In this document: piece by piece, positions 53,520-64,000 of the stretch
Layout of the letters: each line of letters opens with the position of its first letter
Position numbering within the stretch: position 1 is the first letter of the stretch
From: Octopus vulgaris
Taxonomy: Eukaryota
DNA length: 64,000 nt
Reading direction: 5' to 3'
Assembly: GCA_951406725.2 (NCBI GenBank)
Contig: OX597816.1
Span: 106,392,001-106,456,000, forward strand
Made by a program: the position numbers and the translations under genes
Notes under the pieces: generated by a model
Databases searched by the model: none
What the model was told of the DNA's origin: nothing
Seen by the model: the letters and a program-made list of their open reading frames with translations, nothing else

Positions 53520-53555
<36 letters not shown>

Positions 53556-56500
53556 GAGGGGCGTTCAATAAGTAATGCCTCTGACCCACTTGCCGTTGTT
53601 TGATCTAGTAGAAATTTTGCATGTTCAATTATTTATATCTCTATAGATTAAGTGGCAAATTACAGCTCCGAACTAATTGTGGTTTCTGATTTATATGTGT
53701 TTGAAATGAGTCAAGTGGTAAATGGAGCCTGTTGAGTGTCGAGCAGTGATCCGGTTTTTGTATTTGAAATGACGCACACCACAGGAGACTTTTGATGAAA
53801 TGAAAGTAACTTATGGTGATGATGCCCCATCATATGGCCTTGTAAAACGCTGGCATCATGAATTCAAACATGGTCGGAATTCTGTGGAAACGGCTCCCAG
53901 ATCTGGTCACACCCCTTCTGCCATTGATGAGGCATCTGTCCCTCAAGTTGAGGCTGCCATTTTGGAATATCGACGCATAACTATTCGCCAAATAGCCCAT
54001 GAGGTCAAGATTAGTACCGGGTCTGTGGAAACTATCATTCATGACCATTTGCATATGCAAAAGGTGTCTGCCAGATGGATTCCCAGGTTGCTCACACTTT
54101 TCCAGAAGCAAGAACGCGTTGAGTGCTCGAGGATGAATTTAGGGATGTGCCAAGAAGATGAGTCAAAATTTTTCAAAAGACTAATTACACAGGATGAGAC
54201 CTGGGTCCATCTCTATGATCCAGAGACCAAAGCCCAGTCAATGCAGTGGAAGCACCATGACTCACCTCCTCCAAAGAAGGCAAGGGTGCAGCCCTCCGCT
54301 GGCAAGGTCATGTTCACAGTCTTCTGGGACCAGGACGGAGTAGTGATGACAGATTTCCTGGCAAAGGGTACCACAATTACAGGATCTTATCATGCTTCAC
54401 TTTTGAGGAAATTAAGAGAAGCTATCAAAACCAAGAGGCGGGGTAAGATCAGCAAAGGCATCCTCCTCCTGCAGGACAACGCTCCGGTCCACAACTCGCG
54501 TGTCGCCAGATCAGAAGCACAGGCGTGCGGCTATGAACTCTTCCCCCATCCCCCTACTCTCCTGACTTTGCACCCTCTGATTTTCACCTCTTCCCAACCA
54601 TGAAGTTATTTTTGAAAGGAAAGCGTTTCCCAGATGATGCAGCCTTGATTTCTGAAGTCACGTCGTGGTTGGAGGACCAAGCTGGGGTCTTCTACGAAAA
54701 CGGTCTCCAGAGCTGCATCAAACGATGGGAGAAATGCGTAACTCTGGGTTGTTCCTATGCTGAAAAAGACTAATACCTGTGCCTAGTTTCGTTGCTCTAC
54801 TGCTATGGGAAGTGGGTCAGGGGCATTACTTATTGAACGCCCTTCATATATATATATATAGATATATATATATATATATATATTTCTAATCATTACATAC
54901 TTGGTTTGGTCATCAAATGAAGTCTAAACTAAATGAAAACTAAATTTTTGTAGGAAAGCAATATATTGAATTGTATCAGCCCCAAAATGTTATTGATGAT
55001 AAAAGGAGCAAAGTTGAGCTGAATGAGATTTGAATTTTAAAGTAAGAGAAAACTAAATACTTTAATGTATTTAGTCTGCCACTCAACTGTCTCAGCCATT
55101 TCTGCACAACTAGACAATGGTAAACACAATCTAGGTTAGTGAAATGCAAGATACACTTCTAAATTAGAAGCCTAAAGTATGGACAGCAACAATGGTTAAT
55201 CTAAACAAAGAAAAGCTGAAGAGACAGTAAGAAAAGGATACACAGAGAAACAGGAGACAGATATTGTAATATCAAAAGAAAAATAAAGAGATATAAAAGT
55301 GAGATGGGGGAGTGTATTACAATTTACAATGAAATCTCACTATTATTTTAACAGATAAAACAGCTGATGAAATCCTCTTCCAAAACGATATTTTATAATT
55401 ACAACTCATTTTTCTTTTTTGTTGAACTTTTACATTGAATGGTAGATAGTCTGGTTCATATTCCTCAAAAACTATCTTTGTTATGTGATATTAAAATTCA
55501 TAGACATAATTTAAAACTCATTTATGGTCCAAGCCACTATCCCTCGCCCTCAAGTTTTCTCAGAAATTATACAGTCATCAGTAGCACAGCAATCCAGTAA
55601 CCAAGACCATTGTGCATATATTCAAGGATGGGTACCCATGTGAATATGCATAGCTGTATACATACATACATGTGTATATGTAAATATGTTTATACAACTT
55701 AGCACATACATAGTTGCTTTGTAACAATATACTACTGTGTCCTTGTCAATGGACTGTGGCCATGTAAACACACGTATATGCACAAACACACAGTTCCCAG
55801 CTAGTAGATTGTGTACAGTGTATGTGCATAATAAACATACTTGTTTTATAAATACATGCATGCACAGACATATCCAAGTATGAATATGTTAAAAATGACA
55901 AAAAAACTTTCAGTATAAATTCAATAGGAACATATTCACAAACTGTAACATTGACATTTTGAAAGCAAGAAAATAGAGGGCTACAAGCAAAGAATAAATT
56001 TATTAAGATATTTTTCTTGTTGTTTTATTTATTTACTAATTTTCAATATAAACTGTTACACTGATGGCTTCCTTACATCAATGATAATTACCTAAACTAG
56101 ATCATGTTATAAACAACCATAGAGTCACTGTATTAAAGAGATTTATACTCTTAATGCTTGTAATAATGATAGCTTCCTATATTGGCACAAAGCCACATAT
56201 TTGAAGCGGGGGAGTGCAGTCAACTGTCTAGTAACTAGTTCCATTCTGCCACCCAGTACATGGCTTGTATCAAATGCTATCAACTCTGGAGAGATGGAAA
56301 GAGAAATCAACCATATTTAATTATATTCTTCTGCATTCTCACCTAAGGTGAGAATGCAGAGGAATATAATTAAATGTAGAAAAACTTTTGACACAAAGCT
56401 CTCTTTGCCTCCTTTTTCCATCATAGTGATTAGCATGGTCAAGTAATTCTTACTAGCAGGACCCATTGACCAACATTATATAAATTTTCTTATTTCAATG

Positions 56501-59500
56501 CATAAACTTATACATCTTCATAACATTGTTTCATTATTTTAACATTCTGTTTGTATCTTAAATTTCATTCTATAAGATTGTTAAAAGTGTAACAACATGC
56601 AACAAGCAATGATGATGAAGATGAATTATCATCATCATTCTACCAAAGTTGACTTTGCCTTTCATTCTTTCAGGGTCAATAAATTATGTACCGGTTGAAT
56701 ATTGGGAATCAATGCATCCAACTATTCCACGCCCACCCCCCACAAAAAAAAATTTCAGGCTTTGTGTCTATAGAAGAGAGGATTATTATTATTGGGTAGT
56801 TTCATTTGTGCAGTCTTGGTAATAATGTCTATTAATTTCCTTCAGTACAACTAAATATATTCTACAGAAGAAAGCTTCCAATAAATCCCTCAAACTACAA
56901 GAACCAAATCACATCCTACAATCTTAAAACAAGGACACATTTGATCATGTAGACCTAGATACACCATGCCTAAAAGAAAATACAGGATAGTGTGAATGGG
57001 TTATAGATCAGTTCAAACAGGGTTAACTTGAGCTAAACAAGAACATAGTAATATTTTTTAAGGCAATTTTTACATGCATTTTTGTTACAGTAGATATGCT
57101 ATTTTATACAGATGTTTTCTTGTGTATTTCGAAAAACACCTAATTATAAGTAACTGATTCTTTATATATTGTTATTTGAAATAGATTGGGGTCACATTTA
57201 CAAAATAATTTATCCCTCATCTATGTACTACCTAGACTGTATGATGCATGTTAACAAATGCAGAAGATCTATAGAGCTGGGGAGAAATGATTCAGGTACG
57301 ATCTTTCGGATGTATGGGGTTAATTTGCATAAAAACAGAGCACATGTTAAATAAGAAAATTTGGACATTTGGGCATCAGCTGATGTATGCATGAGGGACC
57401 AGTGTTTGCATGGATATTTGAAACAAATAGCCAACGAGTGCTTGCAGTTTTTCAAACACTTTAAAGTTCTTGCTAGAATATGTCTAATCCAGTAGCATGA
57501 TAGCAAAACAGCAGTTTGTAGCTCATCAAGAAAATGGATCTTAATTCACTCAAGGAGCAATTTAAATGTTGTTAATTTGACCACTGATGAAAAATATCTC
57601 CATTTTTTCCAGGAGGGTTGTGGGGGCAGAGTCTTCAGATACTTCCCCCATAGGGTCCTAACAGAAACAACCATCATTAGATTTTTCAACTGAGACTATG
57701 GTTATTATCCAACCATCTCATTCTTGGTCTACCCTTAGATCTTCTGCTGGTTGACTTGGCTTGAAGAATCCATCTTGAAATTCTTTCTGCAGCATTTTAA
57801 TCACATATCCATAGTGCTTATTACTGGAATAAGCATGAAATTCCATTTCACAGTGACAGGGTTAATATATTTAGATATTCAGCATTTACAATTCTAAATG
57901 TTAGATATATGATACTTATGTAAAAATTATGAACAGATAAAACTGATGGAGGAGCAGGATTACACAACTTGCTATTACCATTAGTTTCTCCATTTAGATA
58001 TCTCTAAACCAGTGGTTCTCAACTAGGGTTCATATAAGATTTTGTTGTTAAAAATTATACGCAATAAATTGGTTCTACTTCTACAACAGACAAAATATTT
58101 TAACAATTTTTGATACAGTTCTTAATATTTAATTGTAAAAATATAATGGGATTTTTTTAAACATCGAATGGCTATGGGAGTTCACCCAAGTAAAATAGGA
58201 ATCAAAGAGGTTCATAGATAAAAAAACAGTTGAGAACCAATGCTCTAAATGGTAAATAGTAAAATCATTTGAGTTACTTACCTGAACAGCTATGTACAAA
58301 CCAGGTACATTAAAAGATTCAAACATAATTTCAGCAGTGTATTCACGATTTTCAGGTGTATTTAAAGGAGGTTCAGTCTATAAAAGAATTGTTTTAAAAA
58401 ATTATAAGTACACAAATGCAAATCTATCAAAATAAAAGATTAAAATGAAAATTTACTTTTAACATCTCAGCTCACTAGAATTGCACTGAAATGGTTAAAT
58501 GGTGATAATATTATGCTACTGAGCTGCTGACTATCAAAAATCACAAGTTTAATCTGCTTTGTGTAATCTGTCAAAAATTAATGACTTTTCTTGGTCCAGT
58601 AAACACAGTAAAGCTGACTATTTCATAGCTGAATGGTTGGTAATAGACAGGGTACATAAAAACTTTTCAGCTACATTTAAAACTAGCACAGACAAAAGAG
58701 AAAAAAATCACATGAAAATATCTGACAGAAACAAAAATTATCAAGAACTTACCAATAGAAAATAATGATCTTCTGGTTCAGAACGTAGATATTTAAAAAT
58801 AGTCTGTTCCCAAAATCGTTCCATCAAATCCCAGTCATCAATAATACCGTGTCGGATTGGCCACTAGATATTTTAAATTAGAAAAAAAAAATATTTTTAT
58901 ATTTCTTTCAGAAATATATCTTCTAATTTACATGAAATGAAATAAACAAAATATTGAATAGTTTTGTGTGTAAACCATGTGTATATTTACTCTATAGATA
59001 TATGTGAATAGCTTATATATCTTCAAATAAAACAATAGTTTTGTGTGTATTGTACAGTGTATATCTAGACAGAATATTTGAAAAGATAAAGGTTATGTAT
59101 GTTGTCTGATTAGGCTTTTCTTACCTTGAGCTGCAGTTTCTTCATACTCTACTTGCTTTATAATCATATTAGGATAAGAGTAATTGCACCCCTTGCAACA
59201 GATTCAAAAGTACTACATGCAAGAATACCTACAAATGCTGTCAACTCTAGCAATGGTTAGTTTCCATTTCCAGATGATGATGTCATTTTGTTTGGTATCA
59301 AAATATTGCTTTGGATTAGGACTTTGCACATATCTGTTGAGCTTCTTCACATACACTTATGTAATTGTATGTATAGATATTTGAATGTTTCTGATATTTT
59401 AGATGAAATTAAAAATTTATAATACACAGTCCACTGTTAAAGTTACAACTGAAGAGTTTTGAGAGAGCCAAAAATGGTGAATATGTTAGCATGGTTACAT

Positions 59501-60472
59501 ACATGTTTATATATTTATCATGCCTGAAATCCTCAGAGAGTGTTAAAATGATACTAAAAGATTTTACACACAAAGAGTTACCTATTATGAATGATGGGCT
59601 TAAGGATTTCATGAAAAATATCCATAAGTCATTAATGTGTACACATAGGCCTGCAAGACAACATGTGTTAGTGCTGTAATACGTTAGATCATTTTTTTGC
59701 AATACCAAAAGAAAGTGTGTGTTCACAAACTATTCATCATTATCACTTGATGTCTGTGCTCCTTGCTGGCATGGGATAGGTGGCTTGCCCGGATCTGACA
59801 AGCTACAGGACTGTAATGAGCTCAATGTTAGGAAGGGCATCTTTGCTTTGATACAGTGTGTATAGTTTTTTTTTTTTGTTTTGTTTTTTTTGTTATACCA
59901 GCACTAGTGAGGCTGCTAAGTAATTTGCAGACAATGAAAAAGATCACTCAACTGAGTGGAGTGTAGTAGAAAATGAGGTGTCTTTGTGCCAGATGTTGAG
60001 AGGCTGAAGTTTGATAGAGGAACGAGAATATGTATCTTATGGTAGAGGAGATACAGCACTAACCCACATTATATACAAGTGGATAGGAGTAGTCGGAAAA
60101 AGAGATAAGGATACTGTGACAAGGTGTCAGAGTATAGCCTCAAGCTACAAGAGGCTGAGTATAAAAATGAATATGCACAGAGGATTAAAAAAATGAGGGT
60201 GAGTAAGTTTGTAAGGGTATGAGGAGGTGAGTTTAGTGAATGGAGAACAAGGGCAGGACATGTGAGTATTGTTGAAGAATTATAATCTCACCTTGACTGA
60301 ATAAGAGGAAGCATCTAAAGCTTCATCTCCTATAAAGAAATCCAAATCTTCAACTCCTTTGCCAAGTCGTCGAATTGCCTGATCGCCAACTTTAGCTGAT
60401 TCCTTGATGGCAATGCATGATGGAATAATAAACTGTGGCTCTGTGTTGCCAGCATAGCCCATCTTTGTATAC
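37772..60472 (-). CDS. ACTR3: Actin-related protein 3 (Arp2/3 complex subunit), 10 coding exons (1213 nt) in the window, 5'-partial
   Basis: The spliced exons give an unambiguous Arp3 sequence ([73 protein letters not shown]). All introns are GT-AG. About the first 15 codons are missing from the window. Confidence 0.97.
37935..38412 (+). mobile_element. Old retroposon fragment with RTE-type tail, Arp3 intron 10
   Basis: Ends ...gggaagggcatccagtc...gcatggaaaacgagcattaaacaatgatgatg. The body is related to the inverted copy at 59735-60245. Confidence 0.75.
38695..38921 (-). mobile_element. tRNA-derived SINE, family B
   Basis: 14-bp TSD TGTGGGGATACATA. The core gaaaggatgaaaggtaaagttgacctcggcagaatttgaact is shared with 27906-28102. 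Degenerate copies occur at ~5540, ~6020, ~56170 and ~56640. Confidence 0.88.
40982..41065 (-). CDS. ACTR3: Arp3 exon 10 ([28 protein letters not shown])
   Basis: Acceptor ctttggcag, donor ACG|gtgagt; 84 nt. Confidence 0.95.
41554..43470 (-). mobile_element. Full-length (1917 bp) pogo/Tigger-group DNA transposon (POGK/Passer-like), decayed; Arp3 intron 9
   Basis: 25-bp TIRs CCRGGGTTTTCYGAAAATCYGCCCA with TA on both sides. The transposase starts at ATG 43316 and shows an HTH ([17 protein letters not shown]), a CENP-B-like segment (LEIELLQWI), and DDE_1 motifs [17 protein letters not shown] and QPLDVS. It has several stops and frameshifts. Confidence 0.93.
43567..43692 (-). CDS. ACTR3: Arp3 exon 9 ([21 protein letters not shown]...GGGRLK)
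   Basis: Acceptor tttttcag, donor AAG|gtatgt; 126 nt. Confidence 0.95.
44447..44539 (-). CDS. ACTR3: Arp3 exon 8 ([31 protein letters not shown])
   Basis: Acceptor tttctttag, donor CGG|gtaagc; 93 nt. Confidence 0.95.
45340..45513 (-). CDS. ACTR3: Arp3 exon 7 ([14 protein letters not shown]...[15 protein letters not shown])
   Basis: Acceptor attttag, donor GAG|gtaaga; 174 nt. Confidence 0.95.
45716..46235 (-). mobile_element. RTE LINE 3' fragment with an internal ~150 bp duplication, Arp3 intron 6
   Basis: ORF 46073..46324 contains [19 protein letters not shown]. The block cttggcttgatgagtc...ccaaaggtcttgatcactt...gcctccatga occurs at ~45936 and ~46094. A (CAT)n tail sits at ~45716. Confidence 0.88.
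47605..47748 (-). CDS. ACTR3: Arp3 exon 6 ([20 protein letters not shown]...ETAKAIK)
   Basis: Acceptor ttattgtag, donor AAG|gtaaga; 144 nt. Confidence 0.95.
50154..50261 (-). CDS. ACTR3: Arp3 exon 5 ([36 protein letters not shown])
   Basis: Acceptor atattag, donor GTG|gtaagt; 108 nt. Confidence 0.95.
50284..50335. repeat. 13-bp tandem repeat (AAATGAAATTTAG) x4
   Basis: Read directly; about 25 bp from the Arp3 exon 5 acceptor. Confidence 0.9.
50605..51011. mobile_element. MITE with 29-bp TIRs and an 8-bp TSD (Merlin-like termini)
   Basis: GGATCTTTTTGGTTTGAACGGCAGTTTTT / AAAAACTGCCATTCAAACCAAAAAGATCC (1 mismatch) with a perfect TSD, ATTTGCCC. The superfamily assignment is inferred from the GG ends and TSD length. 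Confidence 0.88.
51515..51733. mobile_element. hAT MITE, same family
   Basis: CAGTGGTTCTCAAC...GTTGAGAAATAATC with a degenerate TSD (ttctaaag / atctaaaa). The interior is similar to 58010-58242. Confidence 0.8.
53555..54846 (+). mobile_element. Full-length (1292 bp) mariner DNA transposon, probably irritans subfamily, inactivated; inserted in (TA)n in Arp3 intron 4
   Basis: 37-bp TIRs (53555-53591 and 54810-54846, 3 mismatches) flanked by TA. The transposase runs from ATG 53722 to TAA 54773 with WIPRLL, QDETW, LQDNA and HPPYSPD.APSD (DD34D). It has a premature TGA at 53770 and a 1-bp deletion near 54550. Confidence 0.96.
56315..56375. repeat. Near-perfect 61-bp palindrome (30-bp arms, 1-nt centre, one mismatch)
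   Basis: ATTTAATTATATTCTTCTGCATTCTCACCT-A-AGGTGAGAATGCAGAGGAATATAATTAAAT. Confidence 0.95.
58010..58242. mobile_element. hAT MITE, same family, 39 bp from the Arp3 exon 4 donor
   Basis: TIRs CAGTGGTTCTCAACT / AGTTGAGAACCAATG; TSD ctctaaac / ctctaaat. Confidence 0.88.
58282..58377 (-). CDS. ACTR3: Arp3 exon 4 ([32 protein letters not shown])
   Basis: Acceptor ttttatag, donor CAG|gtaagt; 96 nt. Confidence 0.95.
58753..58863 (-). CDS. ACTR3: Arp3 exon 3 ([37 protein letters not shown])
   Basis: Acceptor tatctag, donor TTG|gtaagt; 111 nt. Confidence 0.95.
59735..60245 (-). mobile_element. Old retroposon fragment, same family as 37935-38412, Arp3 intron 2
   Basis: The reverse complement shares ctacactcc..ctcagttgag, cctctca.ca.ctggca.aaag.cac and ctcactagtgc. 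Confidence 0.7.
60292..60472 (-). CDS. ACTR3: Arp3 exon 2 ([10 protein letters not shown]...SSYSVK)
   Basis: Acceptor tttcacag, donor AAG|gtgaga; 181 nt. Confidence 0.95.
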
Positions 60473-63400
60473 CTGTGAAAAAAGTAAAATAAATTAGATA
60501 TTTCAAAGACAGAATTCTAGCAAAGAGAGTTACACTCACAGAAACAGTCAACTCACATACAAATATCACCCACTTACAACAACCACCAACACTGACACAC
60601 CACACACACATACACAATCCCATTCACTAACTCAGTAGCTCTTCCTAGAACAAAAATTTAACTTATTTTCACATAGGGCCTACATAACAGATATTATCTT
60701 CAAACCTCAGGTCAATGTTTATGGTGTTCACAAATATTACTAAACAACTTTTTTCCCCTCAGTATAAACCATTGCTGTACTGAAAATATTTCAGGCATTC
60801 ACCATTTTGTTTTTTTATTCTCCAGAAAGTACTATGTTTGAAACAAGAAAATATGCTTAAATAATTTTGTTTTGACAAAAGCATTTTATAAATGTCTTGC
60901 ATACCCAGAATTCTACGTCAAATAAAAACAGAAGAGTTTATCAAAATTAACTTCAAATGCAGAATTATATTTTTCTTTATTATATCCTTTTTTTTTTAAC
61001 TTCTAAGGTAATATGACAGTTGTCTTTCTTTTTCTTTTCTCTTTAGTCTTAGACATTTTGATTAAATGTTGGAGTATTCATTTTCATAACTGAATACCAT
61101 TATTAACAATTCAAATCTTATTACTATGTAATTCCTTAACTGTATTGGTGCAGTTCTCATAGTAATGTCCATAAAGAATAATAATAAAGTGATTTAGCAA
61201 GATTTAAACTCAAAATTGTGATGAAAAAATACGCAAAAATTGAAATACAGTGTTGACATACTGGCTGAAAGGCTGCCTTATCTCATCACCAGTCTTGCAC
61301 ACTATGTCGCTGACAAAGATATCTTTCTATATTCCAGAATACTCAATTGTACACATGTAGCATGAAAAATACAGCTCATATCAGTAATCAGTAAGGTGAT
61401 TTGGTGTAAATGTTAATGGCAGGTATCAGCATTTGTGTAGTTCATAACACCTTTTTATAAAAGACAATTACTTCTAAGTTCCTTCTAAGTTCTCAGAATT
61501 TTTTTTTCCTACATCAATACAAAGCCATAGATTTATAATAATAAAAAAAAGCAATAAAGTCTTCCAAATCAACTCTCAGTATATTACTGATACCTTTTCT
61601 TATTGATTCCTGCTGAGTCATCAAACCATTTCAGTTCAAATAATTGGATTTTTTTTTTTTTGCTTATTTTATTCCATACCAAAAATGAAATGAGAATAAG
61701 ACTACCATCCAATAACAAACAAATGAAGAAAAGTCAGGTTATCTAATTAAAGATTTTTACAACTATGGAACATATCTGCAACTATAACATTTCTGAATGA
61801 TGCTGCAATCAAGAAATTACCGAGAGGATTTTTATAGAAAGAAACATTTGCTCATGATGTATGCTGTCCTTTAACATCATATAAACCGTGAAATTAGTTT
61901 ACATTAATAACTTTTTACAAAGTGTTTGTCTCTAAATTCTATAATCTGAGTTCTTTTTCAAAGTATTTCAATTCAATCTTTACACATCTATTGTCAATAT
62001 AAAAACCCTCTCATCCTCTGAAATTACCAAACCTTGGTATTTATATGAACAACAATGTCTTCAAGTGGCAATATCTATGTTACTCTCCATTCTAGGTTCT
62101 AAGTCTTTCTGGGCTTAAGTTGCCTTTCAGTTCTCGAAGTCAATGAAATATAGCGTCAGCTATATATAGAGGTTTCACTCAATCCTCTAAGAGTAATTTG
62201 CTGAGCTACTAATTAGGGAATTCCTAAAGACCCAAATCAACAACCCAGTTTTAATTTCTGGTTGAAGCTATTCCATTTCACTTCTGACACAAATGCTATT
62301 TCAAAAGCAAAACACCATTACATATTGTCATAATATATACATATTTAATTAAGTATAGTAAAAAATAAATTATTATTACTATCATTATTATTTGGGGCAA
62401 TGATCAATTTTCAGCAAATGTAGAGGATGTACTAGTTTCTAATCTCAAAACATATGCCTCAATTTTTGAGGGGAAAAAATGGGAAAAAGCAAACTGTTCA
62501 GACTATTAATCTCACCCCACTTTTGTTGCTGTTGCTACTAGACATAAATAGTTCAAATGGTTTTTAATCTGTTCATCATCAGTTGTCATGTATATGTGTA
62601 CAGACAAGATTCAAATGTTCCTATCTTCAATTTGTTTGGAGCATGGTGTGGATAAGAGTTGGCTTTGTTTAACTCCATGTCAGCATGGTGGGGCAGGCCA
62701 TAATCTAGAGATATTCCAACCACAATCATACTGTCATTTTCCCACCAAGGTTAATATGGAATTACATTATTTAAAATGTCCTCCCAACATCTTTTTAAAA
62801 GATGATAGTTTGTGATCTGAAGAGTTGGCTATTTTTAACAACCTGGGAAACTACATAGCGGCTCTCTCTTTGGCTTCTGGATGAGATTGTTGGAAGCTTG
62901 CATGAAATAAATGTTTGCAAGTATAATCACAACCTGTGTTTAATATTTCTAACAATGGTAAAAGATTATGAAGTACTGAACTAAATGACTAATGATATTG
63001 AGTTTCATGCATCTATATTCTGAGTTGAAATCCTACTCAGGATTACCTTTACTTTTTATTTCACTGGGCCAATGAAATAAGTTCCAGTAATATTCTATCA
63101 ACTATATTACTATCCTAGAAATGTATGGCTTTGCCCTTAATGTAATAAATCAATTATTATTACTATCAGCATCATTTTATCCAACAATTTCTGCTGTGTA
63201 GCTGCATCAGTCTATCTCTTACATATTTTTCCAATGGGTATCTAACAAATGTGGGCACAACATGGCTAAATGGCTGAGAAGTTTATTTTGGAACCACAAG
63301 GTCATGGATTCAATCCCACAGCTTGGCATCTTAGACCACCATCTTTTATAATTCTCTTTGGTCAATGCAAGCTTTGTGAGTGAAATTGGGTAGAGGAAAA

Positions 63401-64000
63401 CTGTGTGGAAGCCTTTTGGATGAACTGTACTTGTAATTCAACAGTACAGCCATTATATCAGTCACAATGATTCTAAGAATTATGTTAATGGCATGCATGT
63501 TGGGGAGGGGAATATTAATTCAATGAACAGATAATTTGATTGAACAACTGAATTTCCATTATCAATTCATACTAAGATCTATTTACTAATTGACAACATG
63601 ATACTTTCATCCAATGAATTTAACCAAATATCAAAGATATTAGCATTGAGCCATTCTGAACAAGTATCAGCTGATTTTACCATTGCCTCTTAGTTTTCAT
63701 TTTGCATTAAGTTAATTCTGGGCAAAACTATGATCAAATATGTTCTAGCATGATTGTTATATTTTTCAGATATCTAGGACAACATTATTTCAAATGACCT
63801 TCACCTTTTTAAAACTGTGAGCGTGACTTGAGGGAGATTTGGCTGCTATTTCTAGCAGACTGAATCACTACAGGCTCCTGCAATGGTTACATGAAAAGCA
63901 AGCAGACATTTTTTTTCCTCCTTCATAATTATTTAATATACTCCACATTTTTTTTCTTCAGGGCTGATTGCCTATATTCATTTTAATCAACTTCACCATA

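Noticed and set aside
60473-64000. Arp3 first coding exon
   Set aside because: No sequence encoding the expected ~15-codon N-terminus (..V.D.GTG) was found and there is no CpG-rich promoter. It most likely lies beyond the window.

Overview
AT-rich, microsatellite- and SINE-dense eukaryotic DNA. The repeat families suggest a coleoid cephalopod, probably Octopus; this is an inference. Two intron-containing housekeeping genes lie on the - strand. One is a complete 4-exon mitochondrial ribosomal protein gene, MRPS30/mL65 (CDS 11553-23435, 476 aa). The other is Arp3/ACTR3 (10 coding exons, 37772-60472; the first coding exon was not found and probably lies beyond 64000), followed by a ~6.3 kb interspersed-repeat-free stretch that looks like a long 3' UTR. 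A weak candidate spliced + strand transcript sits at ~2956-6520. Introns hold a young 5'-truncated RTE-clade LINE with a C4HC3 PHD finger inserted into its reverse transcriptase and an array of hairpin repeats in its 3' UTR. They also hold a full-length decayed mariner, a full-length decayed pogo element, hAT-, Merlin- and piggyBac-like MITEs, and many tRNA-derived SINEs. No CRISPR array, rRNA or true tRNA gene was found. I cannot demonstrate a new biological system here. The best leads are the PHD-containing RTE with its structured tail, a near-perfect 61-nt intronic hairpin with one A-C mismatch, and a chimeric SINE.
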